Below, one piece after another: positions 9,750 through 20,500 of a stretch of 64,000 nucleotides of DNA. Source of the DNA: Pseudobacteriovorax antillogorgiicola (GTDB taxonomy: Bacteria > Bdellovibrionota_B > Oligoflexia > Oligoflexales > RGVZ01); NCBI GenBank assembly GCA_945865565.1, contig CAMBEK010000002.1:113644-177643 (forward strand). The letters run 5' to 3'. The notes under the pieces were generated by a model. That model was not told the DNA's origin. It saw only the letters and a program-made list of their open reading frames with translations, and did not search any database. Within the stretch, counting starts at the first letter, position 1; each line of letters opens with the position of its first letter. The translations under genes and the position numbers were made by a program.

Positions 9750-10418
9750 CTACTGCGGGATGGCTTTGGAATCACTAATTGCCTTCCGGCAAATCGCCTG
9801 CGCTTCCAGATCATCCAGTTGAGGGAAATGGACATAAAATTGCCCGATCCCCATGAAGCCTTCAGGCCGGTCTAATGTGATGAGGTCGTCACATTCGGCT
9901 TCGATGCTGGCGGCGCTATCCCGTGAGCATACGGGGACGGCACACAACACACGATGGAACCCTAAACTCCTTAGTGTGCGCAGCGCGGCGATGGCCGTCG
10001 CACCAGTTGCAATCCCATCGTCAATGAGAATGGGAGTGGTCTCGGGATCATTGGTTGACAAGTGGCAATCTGCAAAAAGGATCCGTCTGCGTGCACACTC
10101 TGTTCGCTGGCGGGCTATTTCCTCATCGCGATCCTCTTTTGTTAGTCCGATGCTCGCCATGATCGAGGGATTAAGAAAGGCTGGACCATTTTCCGTAACG
10201 GCTCCAAATGCTAGCTCTGGTTGACTTGGGCAACGCAGCTTTCGGGCGACAAAAACGACCATTGGCCATCCCGTAACTCTTGCAGCGGCTGCCGCAACTG
10301 GGATGCCTCCGCGTGGAATGGAAATCAGCAGCGGCTTGGTGATGAGTAATTGTTTGAGTCGCTGGCCGAGGCGGCTTCCGGCGTCGTTCCGATCGGTGAA
10401 AATCAAGGAGTCCCCCAA
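9750..10418 (-). CDS. Phosphoribosyltransferase family protein
   Basis: PRPP-binding loop ILIDDGIATGATAIAAL. The TTG start is uncertain (alternative TTG at 10406). Confidence 0.75.
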   Translation of the reverse strand: MGDSLIFTDRNDAGSRLGQRLKQLLITKPLLISIPRGGIPVAAAAARVTGWPMVVFVARKLRCPSQPELAFGAVTENGPAFLNPSIMASIGLTKEDRDEEIARQRTECARRRILFADCHLSTNDPETTPILIDDGIATGATAIAALRTLRSLGFHRVLCAVPVCSRDSAASIEAECDDLITLDRPEGFMGIGQFYVHFPQLDDLEAQAICRKAISDSKAIPQ

Positions 10419-10447
10419 AGCGAATGAAGCTACGGTGGATCACTTGC

Positions 10448-10483
10448 AAAAAAAAGACCCGCATCCCTCGCGGGTGCGGGTCT
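10448..10483 (-). terminator. Rho-independent terminator of the RRM gene
   Basis: On the minus strand, AGACCCGCA...TGCGGGTCT (9-bp stem plus inner CCC/GGG pairs) is followed by T8. It starts 23 nt after the stop codon. Confidence 0.85.
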
Positions 10484-10505
10484 CTAAATGTGGAATCAGC
10501 CCGAC

Positions 10506-10808
10506 TTAGTAGTCGTGTTGGCTCCGCGGAGCGCGGTCAAAGCCACGGCTTTCGCGCGGTGCCTGTGGGCGAGCTTCGTTCACGTTGAGCTTGCGCCCAT
10601 CCATGTCAGCGCCATTGAAGCGACGAACTGCTTCGTCAGCGTCGCCATCGTTCGCCATTTCGATGAAACCGAAGCCTTTGCTGCGGCCAGTCTCGCGATC
10701 ACTGATTACTTTTGCCGAGTCAACGACGCCAGCTTGCGAGAACAGCTGATGAAGATCGCCATCGGTCGTACGGTACGGGAGATTGCCTACATAAAGTTTC
10801 TTGCCCAC
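10506..10808 (-). CDS. RRM-type (RNP-1/RNP-2) RNA-binding protein with Arg/Gly-rich tail
   Basis: RNP-2 motif LYVGNL and RNP-1 motif KGFGFIEM. 100 aa, GTG start. Confidence 0.9.
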   Translation of the reverse strand: MGKKLYVGNLPYRTTDGDLHQLFSQAGVVDSAKVISDRETGRSKGFGFIEMANDGDADEAVRRFNGADMDGRKLNVNEARPQAPRESRGFDRAPRSQHDY

Positions 10809-11043
10809 GGTTCACCTAACAAAATACGAGGTCGTTTTTTTGGCTTTGGCATCAACGGGTAGTCGGGACCAAAACCGCCTTATCAAAAGTTAGGTTAGCA
10901 GAATTCTAATAGAATACAAACAAATTAAGCTTTCGTTGTCATCTCCGAGTCTTGCATGGTAGCGTCAACCAATGATTTCGGTAGGTTGCCCTTTTTCTGG
11001 GCAGCGATGTTTTTTTACGGATTCCCGGCAGGAGCCCTGACAG

Positions 11044-12195
11044 ATGAACATGAGACTTGTAACCCGCGTGACACTTGGCTTTGCTGTTGCTGCTCCGCTG
11101 GCTATTGGGCCAAATATCGAAGCCCAAGCGGCAGAGGATTTCATCAAAATCGGGGAGGTGGGATCGACCACCGGTTCTGAGGCAACATTTGGTGTGGCCA
11201 CCCACCAGGGCGTTGACTTGGCTATCAAGGAAATCAACGCGACCGGTGGCATCAAGGGAAAAAAACTGAAAGTTATTTTACTCGACGACCAGGGCAAGCC
11301 AGAAGAGGCGGCAACCGCCACAACACGGTTGATCACTCAGGATAAGGTCACTGCCATCATTGGGGAGGTCGCGTCTTCGCGTAGCCTGGCGATGGCACCA
11401 ATTGCGCAGCAATATAAAATCCCGATGATTTCGCCATCTTCAACCAATCCCAAGGTCACGGAAATTGGGGATTACATCTTTCGCGTCTGCTTCATCGACC
11501 CGTTTCAGGGCTTTGTCATGGCCCGTTTTGCAGCTGAAAATTTGAAAATTAAGCGCGTTGCGATCCTTCGCGACGTAAAAAACGACTACAGCGTCGGCCT
11601 TGCCAAGTATTTTACCGAGACATTCAAAAAGCTTGGCGGCGATATAGTTCTCGACCAGAGCTACAGTGCCGGGGACATTGATTTTAAATCGCAACTAACA
11701 GCCATCCGGGCCACGAAACCGGATGCCATTTTTGTCCCGGGCTACTACACCGAAGTTGGACTGATCGCGCGCCAGGCCCGCAGCCTCGGCATCAAGGTTC
11801 CCATGATGGGTGGCGATGGTTGGGATTCCCCAAAGCTGCTTCAGATTGGTGGCAAGGCCATGGAGGGAGCTTACTTTTCAAACCATTACTCGGCTGAAGA
11901 CAAGTCTCCGCACGTTCAAGCCTTTATCGACCGGTACCGCAAAGCATACAAAGACACTCCATCTGGCCTCGCTGCAATGGGATTTGACGCGACGATGGTT
12001 CTTGCCGATGCCATGAAGCGCGCGAAATCTCTCAGCACTTCGGATATTCGGGCAGCTCTTGCCGCAACCAAGGATTTTCAAGGTGTGACGGGTCGGATTT
12101 CTATCGATCAGCAACGCAATGCTGTGAAGCCTGCCGTTGTTTTGAAGGTGGTTAATGGATCCTTTGCCTACGAGTCGACGATTCGGCCGGGCTGA
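11044..12195 (+). CDS. ABC transporter periplasmic substrate-binding protein, LivK/LivJ (branched-chain amino acid) family
   Basis: Signal peptide ending in AQA. Typical type-I PBP blocks (IGEVGSTTGSEA, AIIGEVASS). Heads a five-gene liv-type operon. Confidence 0.85.
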   Translation: MNMRLVTRVTLGFAVAAPLAIGPNIEAQAAEDFIKIGEVGSTTGSEATFGVATHQGVDLAIKEINATGGIKGKKLKVILLDDQGKPEEAATATTRLITQDKVTAIIGEVASSRSLAMAPIAQQYKIPMISPSSTNPKVTEIGDYIFRVCFIDPFQGFVMARFAAENLKIKRVAILRDVKNDYSVGLAKYFTETFKKLGGDIVLDQSYSAGDIDFKSQLTAIRATKPDAIFVPGYYTEVGLIARQARSLGIKVPMMGGDGWDSPKLLQIGGKAMEGAYFSNHYSAEDKSPHVQAFIDRYRKAYKDTPSGLAAMGFDATMVLADAMKRAKSLSTSDIRAALAATKDFQGVTGRISIDQQRNAVKPAVVLKVVNGSFAYESTIRPG

Positions 12196-12257
12196 TACTT
12201 TGGTTGTTTCGTTTTTTGAGTTAGGGGCGTGATTCAAGCAAGACTCAGGGGCCGCAC

Positions 12258-13166
12258 ATGGACCAGTTCCTTCAGCACGTTATCAATGCCTTGTCATTGG
12301 GAAGTATTTACGCTCTGATTGCCCTCGGATACACGATGGTTTTCGGGGTCTTGCAACTGATTAATTTTGCCCATGGTGAAATTTATATGTTGGGTGCATT
12401 CACAGGAATGTACACAATCCGGTGGCTGCGGCTGGAGGAACATCCAGGAATCGGCTCACTGATCATCGCGCTTATTGCTGCCATGGCGGCCAGTGCGACA
12501 GCTGGTTTTATCATTGAACGCTTGGCCTATCGTCCTCTACGTAAAAGTCCACGAATCAACTTGCTCATCACAGCGGTCGGCGTGTCGCTTTTTCTTCAAT
12601 ATTCAGGTCAGCTTGTTTTTGGGTCCGATCCGCAGTTTTTTCCAACCGGAATTCTGGAGCTCGAAGGATACAACTGGTCCTACGGTGATCTTGTCATCGA
12701 ACCGATGCAAATTGTCGCTCTTGTTCTCGCGCTGATTTTGATGTTCGTCTTGCAGTATATTATTTTCAGAACGCGTCTTGGCCGGGCAATGCGAGCCGTT
12801 AGTTTTAACCACGATTTCGCCAGCCTCATGGGAATTCCTACCAATCAGATCATCTCAGCAACCTTCATGCTGGGTTCTGCACTCGCGGGTGCCGCCGGTG
12901 TTCTTGTCGGTCTGATATATCCAAAGATCGATCCTTTGATGGGTACTATGCCCGGGTTAAAGGCCTTCGTGGCGGCCGTCCTTGGTGGTATCGGAAATGT
13001 CACGGGAGCCGTACTCGGAGCCTTCACGCTCGGTTTGGCAGAGGAATTTCTCGTCGGCTACTGGGTCCCTACGTATCGTGATGCACTCGCATTCGGTATT
13101 TTGATTTTGATCCTGCTGTTCAAACCCAGTGGATTGTTGGGTGTTCACAGGGCCGAAAAAGTCTAA
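12258..13166 (+). CDS. livH: Branched-chain amino acid ABC transporter permease
   Basis: 302-aa polytopic protein. N-terminal FLQHVINALSLGSIYALIALGYTMVFGVL is a LivH signature. Confidence 0.85.
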   Translation: MDQFLQHVINALSLGSIYALIALGYTMVFGVLQLINFAHGEIYMLGAFTGMYTIRWLRLEEHPGIGSLIIALIAAMAASATAGFIIERLAYRPLRKSPRINLLITAVGVSLFLQYSGQLVFGSDPQFFPTGILELEGYNWSYGDLVIEPMQIVALVLALILMFVLQYIIFRTRLGRAMRAVSFNHDFASLMGIPTNQIISATFMLGSALAGAAGVLVGLIYPKIDPLMGTMPGLKAFVAAVLGGIGNVTGAVLGAFTLGLAEEFLVGYWVPTYRDALAFGILILILLFKPSGLLGVHRAEKV

Positions 13167-13201
13167 CTGAATCCAGTTGAAGTTTGACGAGAGGATTGTG
13201 A

Positions 13202-14281
13202 ATGGAAGCCGTCCGTAGACAAACTCGAATGCCCAAGCACAGATTTTTATTCAGCGCGTCCACCTACCAAACATTGTCTTGGGGTTTGGTCCTTTTAGCG
13301 GCTTTTGTCGTGAGTCCGTGGATTGAACAGGGGATCAACCCTTATTGGTTCACGATTGTCATCTACTGTGGAATTAATATCATCCTCGCGGTCAGTCTCA
13401 ATCTGGTCAATGGATTTACTGGCCAATTTTCTATTGGCCATGCTGGTTTCATGGCCGTTGGGGCATACGTTGCTGCTGTGGTCACGATGGCGCTCGGTGC
13501 AAACCCGGCTTGGAACGAATTCGTCGCGTCCAATGGTATTTCTGAAAGTGCCGTCCTTCCGATCGGATTGTGCCTTGGCGGCATTGCGGCGGCAGGGGCG
13601 GGATACATGGTTGGCATGCCATCCCTGCGACTGCGTGGGGATTACCTCGCCATCGTCACGCTTGGATTTGGCGAAATAATTCGGGTTATCATGATGAACA
13701 CAGAGGCGGTTGGCGGGGCCAGCGGACTAAATAACATTCCGTTTCTGAGCAATTTTGGTTGGGTATATTCATCCGTTGTTTTGACGGTCTTTTGTGTGTG
13801 GCGCATGGTCCATTCATCGCACGGAAGAACACTCCTCGCCGTACGAGAAGATGAAATTGCCGGCGAGGCTATGGGTGTCAACACAACCCAGGCTAAAGTC
13901 CGGGCATTCGCCATGGGAGCTTTTTTTGCTGGAGTCGCCGGCGGACTTTATGCACACCAGCTGCGGATTCTCACACCCCAAACTTTTGACTTCAATCGCA
14001 GCTTTGAGGTTGTCATCATGGTTGTACTCGGCGGGATGGGAAGCATCAGCGGCTCTGTGGTGGCTGCGGTTCTTCTTACAGTTTTGCGGGAAGCCCTTCG
14101 GGTCGTTCAAACCTGGTACGAGATTGATATCCGAATGGTAATTTATTCTCTAGTTTTGATCATTCTCATGCTGACCAGGCCTAACGGTCTGTTTGGTTCT
14201 CGGGAGATTACTGACTTTTTCCCTGCATCCTTGCGACGCAAACTGGCCGGTGGAGCCGAAGCCCGCGGAGGCGTAAAATAA
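13202..14281 (+). CDS. livM: Branched-chain amino acid ABC transporter permease
   Basis: 359-aa polytopic protein with GQFSIGHAGFMAVGAY and LRGDYLAIVTLGFGEI blocks. The stop overlaps the livG ATG (TAATG). Confidence 0.85.
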   Translation: MEAVRRQTRMPKHRFLFSASTYQTLSWGLVLLAAFVVSPWIEQGINPYWFTIVIYCGINIILAVSLNLVNGFTGQFSIGHAGFMAVGAYVAAVVTMALGANPAWNEFVASNGISESAVLPIGLCLGGIAAAGAGYMVGMPSLRLRGDYLAIVTLGFGEIIRVIMMNTEAVGGASGLNNIPFLSNFGWVYSSVVLTVFCVWRMVHSSHGRTLLAVREDEIAGEAMGVNTTQAKVRAFAMGAFFAGVAGGLYAHQLRILTPQTFDFNRSFEVVIMVVLGGMGSISGSVVAAVLLTVLREALRVVQTWYEIDIRMVIYSLVLIILMLTRPNGLFGSREITDFFPASLRRKLAGGAEARGGVK

Positions 14282-15129
14282 TGACAGCTGTTAATTTTAC
14301 AGGACATGGGGTGTTAGAAGCTCGAAATCTAACCATGCAATTTGGCGGGTTAAAGGCAGTATCTGAGCTCAATATCGTGATTCCATCACAGTCGATTTTT
14401 GGTCTCATTGGCCCGAATGGAGCTGGTAAGACGACCGTCTTCAACATGCTTACAGGTGTTTACCGGCCAACATCGGGCGAAGTTCGGCTCCATGATCAAA
14501 TCACCAACGGACTTAGACCATTTCAAATTACGCGCCGTGGCCTCGGCCGAACCTTTCAAAATGTTCGTTTGTTCAAAAACCTGACGGTCGAGCAAAATAT
14601 TTTGGTTTCTTTGGATCAGAACCCGTCCAAGCCTCGATTCGGCTTGTTGCCTTCGTTGCTGAGGACGTCGGCGGTCCTGCGGGCTGAAGTCGACAAACAG
14701 GCAGACGCCCTAGAGATTCTTAAGATTTTCCACCTCGATAATCGCGTGTCGGAGCTGGCTCGTAATTTGCCATATGGCGACCAGCGACGATTAGAGATCG
14801 CTCGTGCGATTGCAACGGGTGCACGGATCCTCTTGCTTGACGAACCAGCTGCCGGTTTGAACGCTCATGAAACGAAAGCCTTGATGGAAAGTATCCGTTT
14901 CATTCGCGACAAGTTTGCCGCAACGATCGTCCTTATCGAACATGATATGAAGCTTGTCATGGGTGTTTGCGAGCGTATTGCAGTCTTGGATTACGGGGTG
15001 AAGATTGCTGAAGGAACGCCGCATGAAATCCAAAAGGATCCCAGAGTCATTGAGGCATACTTGGGTAAGGCTGCCGTAGAGGGAGATGGCTCCAATGTTG
15101 GTGGCGGAGGTTCGAATGTTAAACCATGA
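14281..15129 (+). CDS. livG: Branched-chain amino acid ABC transporter ATP-binding protein
   Basis: Walker [10 protein letters not shown], signature YGDQRRLEIA and Walker B ILLLDEP. Short Gly/Ser/Asn C-terminal tail. Confidence 0.9.
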   Translation: MTAVNFTGHGVLEARNLTMQFGGLKAVSELNIVIPSQSIFGLIGPNGAGKTTVFNMLTGVYRPTSGEVRLHDQITNGLRPFQITRRGLGRTFQNVRLFKNLTVEQNILVSLDQNPSKPRFGLLPSLLRTSAVLRAEVDKQADALEILKIFHLDNRVSELARNLPYGDQRRLEIARAIATGARILLLDEPAAGLNAHETKALMESIRFIRDKFAATIVLIEHDMKLVMGVCERIAVLDYGVKIAEGTPHEIQKDPRVIEAYLGKAAVEGDGSNVGGGGSNVKP

Positions 15130-15895
15130 AAACACATCATCGTCAGATGCAGCGGGAGCGAAATTAGAAGGCTCCGTCGATGGGTCATTGGTCCTGCGGA
15201 TTAAGGATGTGTCCGTTCATTACGGTATGGTTCAGGCCCTTCACAATGTTTCTTTTGACGTTCCCAGAGGCAAGATTGTGACCTTAGTTGGGGCCAACGG
15301 AGCGGGCAAGACAACCATGCTGCGTGCTATCTCTGGTCTTGTAAGGGTTTCCCACGGTGTTATTGAGCATCGCGGTGAAGTTATTTCAACCAGTCAGCCT
15401 CATGAGATTGTGCGCAGACGGATCTGCCAATCTCCAGAAGGTCGTGGGATTTTTCTGAATCTTTCGGTTGAGGAAAATCTCGATCTTGGGGCGTGGGCGG
15501 CACCAGACAAATTGTCCTACAAGATTAATCTTGAGCGTGGCTTCGAAATGTTTCCGCGTCTAAAAGAGCGACGGCGCCAAAATGCCGGAACTCTGTCAGG
15601 CGGCGAGCAGCAAATGTTGGCAATTGCGCGCGCGTTGATGGGTCAGCCGGAAGTGCTCCTTCTTGATGAGCCAAGCCTCGGGCTTGCGCCTCAGATCATT
15701 GAAAAGATTTTTGAAATTGTCCAACAGATCAACCGTGATGGGATGACCATCCTTTTGGTTGAGCAGAATGCCTTGCAAGCTCTTGGTATTGCGCACCATG
15801 GGGTTGTTCTGGAGACAGGCCGGGTTGTTTTGCAAGGCCCGTCGCGAGAACTATTGGCGTCCGACGAGGTCCGTAAGGCCTATTTGGGTGAGTGA
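15116..15895 (+). CDS. livF: Branched-chain amino acid ABC transporter ATP-binding protein
   Basis: Walker A GANGAGKTT, signature LSGGEQQMLAIA and Walker B LLLLDEP. I prefer the start at ATG 15116 (14-nt overlap with livG) over the listed 15086. Confidence 0.85.
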   Translation: MLNHENTSSSDAAGAKLEGSVDGSLVLRIKDVSVHYGMVQALHNVSFDVPRGKIVTLVGANGAGKTTMLRAISGLVRVSHGVIEHRGEVISTSQPHEIVRRRICQSPEGRGIFLNLSVEENLDLGAWAAPDKLSYKINLERGFEMFPRLKERRRQNAGTLSGGEQQMLAIARALMGQPEVLLLDEPSLGLAPQIIEKIFEIVQQINRDGMTILLVEQNALQALGIAHHGVVLETGRVVLQGPSRELLASDEVRKAYLGE

Positions 15896-17588
15896 AGAGA
15901 CGCAGATCTTTTTCCAGTTGGCCACAGTCTTTGGCGTGGCTTCCGTCGCAGTCATTGCATCCAATGCCTTGCGCATGCCGTCCGTGGTGGGGTTTCTTCT
16001 CGCCGGCGTTTTGCTTGGGCCTCATGGATTAAAATTGGTTCCAGACCTTGCTAGCCTTCATGTCCTCAACGAGACGGCCATCGTGTTTTTGATGTTCACC
16101 ATTGGACTTGAATTTTCGCTGGGCTCCATTTCCCATTTAAAAAAATCATTTTTTGGACTTGGAACGCTTCAAGTTGTCGGGACGTCTGGTTTAATTGCCC
16201 TTGTGATGAATCGGTTTCTGCACGTTAGCGTCGGTCCGGCGATCGTCGCCGGTTACATGATTGCGCTTTCGTCGACAGCGATCATCATGAAGTTGCTGCA
16301 GGGGTCCCAGGATGTGGCTTCTCCTCAAGGCAACGCGTCCCTTGGTGTTCTGTTGTTTCAAGACATCATTGCAATCCCGATGATGCTGAGCCTTCCCTTG
16401 CTCGCAGGTGGGCAAAGTTCGAAGCTGTTCAACAGTCCTGTGTCTGTTGGTTCATTTCTCGGTGAGATCATTGCTGTCATAATAGTTGTAGGTTTTGCTG
16501 GAATTTTCTTGGTGCCGCGCCTGTTAAAGATGGTGGTGGAATCCCGCAACCGGGAACTTTTCTTTTTCAGTGTTCTTTTTATTTGTTTTGGCTTTTCAGT
16601 GCTTGCTGGAAAGGTTGGATTTTCGATGCCCCTGGGGGCCTTTTTCGCCGGTGTCATGATCGCTGGCTCTCCCTTTGGGCGGCAGGCATCTTCTGAAATT
16701 GTCCCACTGCGGGATAATTTCCTTGGTTTTTTCTTCATATCGCTTGGACTCTTGCTGAACCTGAAATTCTTTTTCTTGAATATCCATGGAATTATCGCTC
16801 TTGGCGTTCTTTTATTGCTGATGAAAGTATTGCTAACTTATGTGGCTGCAGTTGCCTTGCGTTACACTGAAAAAGTGGCAATCCTTGTTTCGCTGATCGT
16901 GTTTCAAGTGGGTGAATTTGCATTCGTCATTGCCCAAGAAGCTGAGAAATTACAGATTCTGTCTTTGGAGCAGTTTCAGTATTTTCTTTCGATATCATTG
17001 CTATCGATGATGGTTTCACCTTTCATTTATAAAATTGCACCTGCCATCGCGGAGCGCATCACCGCATCCGCCCGTTTTTCCTCAGGCCGAAAGAAGAGCG
17101 AAAACCCAGAGACGCAGGGTTTGGTCAATCACGGCATCATCATAGGGTTCGGGATTGCAGGGCGGAGGGCCGCTAGCGCCTTTGACACCGCAGGAATCCC
17201 ATATTGTGTGATCGATCTAAACTTTAAGGCCATCAGGGATTTAAAATCTCGTGGCGTGGTCGCTATTTATGGGGATGCAAGCAAGGACGAAATCCTAGAG
17301 GCCATCTCAGTGGAAAAGGCCAGGGTTGTTCTGGTCGCTGTGGCTGGGAGGCATATGGTTCCAGCCATAGTTGCGGCACTTGACCGCCATCACTGCAAAG
17401 GTAAATTGATTGTTCGTGTGGTGTTTGAACGCGAAGCCGATGAGATCGTTGAAATTCGTCCCGGCATTGACGTTGTCGTGGCCGAAGTAGTGTCAGCCAA
17501 GGTTTTGGCAGAGCGAGCCCTGATCGCCTTTGGACTTTCTCTGGATCAAAGTCGCGACGTTCTCAAACAGCAGCCACTTGATCAGTAA
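15888..17588 (+). CDS. Kef-type monovalent cation:proton antiporter (CPA2) with C-terminal TrkA-N/RCK domain
   Basis: About 12 TM segments followed by Rossmann motif IIIGFGIAGRR. GTG 15888 overlaps the livF stop (GGTGAGTGA). The upstream 43 codons of the listed ORF lie inside livF. Confidence 0.8.
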   Translation: MSEETQIFFQLATVFGVASVAVIASNALRMPSVVGFLLAGVLLGPHGLKLVPDLASLHVLNETAIVFLMFTIGLEFSLGSISHLKKSFFGLGTLQVVGTSGLIALVMNRFLHVSVGPAIVAGYMIALSSTAIIMKLLQGSQDVASPQGNASLGVLLFQDIIAIPMMLSLPLLAGGQSSKLFNSPVSVGSFLGEIIAVIIVVGFAGIFLVPRLLKMVVESRNRELFFFSVLFICFGFSVLAGKVGFSMPLGAFFAGVMIAGSPFGRQASSEIVPLRDNFLGFFFISLGLLLNLKFFFLNIHGIIALGVLLLLMKVLLTYVAAVALRYTEKVAILVSLIVFQVGEFAFVIAQEAEKLQILSLEQFQYFLSISLLSMMVSPFIYKIAPAIAERITASARFSSGRKKSENPETQGLVNHGIIIGFGIAGRRAASAFDTAGIPYCVIDLNFKAIRDLKSRGVVAIYGDASKDEILEAISVEKARVVLVAVAGRHMVPAIVAALDRHHCKGKLIVRVVFEREADEIVEIRPGIDVVVAEVVSAKVLAERALIAFGLSLDQSRDVLKQQPLDQ

Positions 17589-17596
17589 GTGGCCCG

Positions 17597-20500
17597 TTAC
17601 GATTGCTCAGAAGTTTCCTCCAGCTTCAGCGCCAAGGCAAAATTGATCAGGGGATCAACCTGAGAAGACATCAACAGGATTTCACCTGGTTTTACCGACC
17701 CCGGTAGCAGTAAATCAACGTCAAGCATGGCCTCAATAATTCCAGTCAGATCCAAACTATCGGCCAACAAAAGTCGCCAGACATATTGCTGCATTGATTT
17801 ACTAGAGTCTTTGATATCATCTTCAGTTAATTCTCCGGCACGACCGAACAACTGTTTGAACTCCTCGAAATCCTGCGCCTTCATTAATTTCGCCATTCTG
17901 CTGTCTGTGATTTTCGCCTGTGCAGCAAGGACTGCCAACGGACCACGATCCATGACCGCCTTCAGTTTGTTCAGTTCCGACAGGATCTGTGTTCTTGGAT
18001 CAAGGTTTAGCAGGGGATAAAACTGTGTCCTGATTGAATAAAGCAGGAACATTATCCGGTGATAAAGATGTGTCGACGGTTTTCTGGCGAAAAAGCTGTC
18101 GTCAATGTAGATGCTCGATGTTGCAGCGTCATAAAAAATTTCGGGTCCGAGCCCCTGAAGCGCGAACAGAGAAAGTCCCCGTTCAGAAAATAATTTGGAA
18201 TGAAAACCAAATCCTGCGTGTCCTGCAATACCCGTCGTCCAGTTCAGCCGCTGACGTTTTGCCTCAATTTGCCGCACGGACATTTTCAGGGATTTCGCCA
18301 GCCCCTTCAGAGTGAAGCGTTCCGGAAAGGAAAGTGCCAGAAGTGGAGCCGCGCGAAGCAGCAAACGAAAAAAAGGGGTTTTCATTATTCGGGGCGAGAT
18401 TCCAGCCGGGAAACGGTTTTTACCGTGCCGGCTATAGCCATATTCGTGTGGCTTTCGCCAGACGCGCCAGTCCCAGCGCTCCAGAAAGTGAGATTCACCG
18501 CGCATAACAGCCACAGCCTGTAATGCCAAATGCTTCTCTATCTTATTGGGCATTTCCGAGGCGAGTATTTCGTTGGTTGACTCATGAGTCAACTTGCGGT
18601 TTCTGACCGCATCTCGCCAATCCTTTACTTCCTGTGCGGGTGCGCGAGGAACTACCTGAAAAAAATTGATGTTGCCACTTGGCGCCTCTTTTGGCTGCTC
18701 AGATTCCCCTTCCCCCTTGTCCTCCTCTTTCTCCTCCTTTTTCATTTTCACGGCATTCTCGGCTTCGACTGGCAGCTGAACCGGAGATGAGGCAAGATTC
18801 GGGCTATCAAGAGCGAACGTGATGCTTGGCTCCACCGCCTCGGGCTGTTCAAAGGACAAAGGCGGAACGTCCACTGTTTCCGGCAGCTCAAAGGAAAGGG
18901 CCGGAACTTCCACTGCCTCCGGCAGCTCAAAGGACGGGGACGGTATCTCCACTGTTTCCGGCAGCTCAAAGGATATGGTTGGGACGTCTACTACTGGTGT
19001 GGCGGAAATAGTTTCTGAAATTGGTGATGTCACACCAGCCTGAGTCACCTCTGGTATAATTTTTTCCAGCTCAAACCCATTAAATCCTCGTTCAGCCTCG
19101 AGCGACTCAATAGTGAACGGATAGTTTGAAAGGAGTGCAGGGTTTGTCCTGATGCCCGGCAAGATTTTATCAAGGTACCTGTTAACTTCGTCTTTACTGC
19201 CCACTTCGGAGAGAAGCATATAATAAGGAATCCAGAGACTCTGCGCCTCTGGTGAAGCTACGTCCAGCCTGGCCTGGACTTTCTCAATGATTGATCTTGC
19301 CTGACTCCTGTCACTTAGATGTTGCGAGGCCAAAAGTGCCAATTCCACTGGAATTACAGGTGAGATTTCCGGGGAGCTGTACCAATCCAGGAGTAGGCTA
19401 ATGAGTGTATTTTTATCGGGACGTTTAATTCCAGCCCTGAAATCCATTTGATCCAGAGCGTGATATAGCCGAAGAGCGAGAATGCCTTCATATCCCGAAG
19501 CCGCGGAAAGTCCTCGACGGAACAGGTTCCGCGCAGTGTCAAATTTCCCGTTCCGGTAGGCACCAGCAATGGCAGGGACAGGATCCAATGGGGTAACGAA
19601 TCCAGCATTTGCCAGTTGTTCGCGGATCTCAGTGGCAGATTTTTGGTCAAATTCGTCAAGCAGCTGGATAAGTTCGGCAGCCAGTTGGTCAATTGTGTTC
19701 GGGGAAGTGTGCGCCCCTTCTGGTATTTTTATAAGTTCATTGCGGTGTGGCTGAAGGCGCGTGAGCCATGCCCCTATAATCCTTGAGGCTAAGCCCTCAT
19801 CGTTTAATTCAAGAATGGCGTGGTCAAGGCATACTTTGAAAAGCTCGCTCGCCCGGACTGGACTCTCATGAAACGATGCCTGATTGATGAGGCACTTTAG
19901 AATTCCCGAAGACGGGGTCAGGGAGGCTTCATGTAAAAGAAACTCGATTTCAGGCTCCTCCAGGGGCATCGATTGTCCGTCTTCGCAGATACTCTCAAAC
20001 AGGATTTTGACTACGGGGTCGTTGGTTCCCTTTTGAGACGATCGGTATTCGGGGCGAAACGCCAAGGTCATTGATCTGATTCTTGAGTTTAAGGTGGAAG
20101 TGGCGATTCCATCGTCCAAAGCGTGAACCGTTGCGCCCGCAAGAGCATGCAGTAAAAAAACCTTACGATCAGGAGAGGAGTCAGCTTCGAAACTATCAAG
20201 AAATACGTAGATGAGGTCTTCAAGCCGGGAAATTGCTAAAAATATAATTTCCTTCGCCCTGGCAGAGTTGTTTTGGGCCAGGGCTGCCTCTATCGCAGCG
20301 AATGAAATCCTTGCCAACTCGTTCAGTTTGGAATTGTCAGTGTCATTATATTCTGGATCACGCTGCCATGGGTGGGTTGTGATTGTGAGATCAACAACCT
20401 TTCGGAGCCAATCGCTACCTCTAACACCATTGTGCTGAAGTGCTTTGATGATAACCGGAACCCGCACCCAATAGGCTGACAATGAAAATAGTACCTGTGC

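Noticed and set aside
15759-15887. Upstream extension of the Kef-type ORF, and similar extensions at 5975-6085, 1445-1528, 26965-27072, 43806-43865 and 54994-55248
   Set aside because: These extensions overlap confident neighbouring genes. They also lack the conserved N-terminal features that appear at the internal start codons, which have an RBS.
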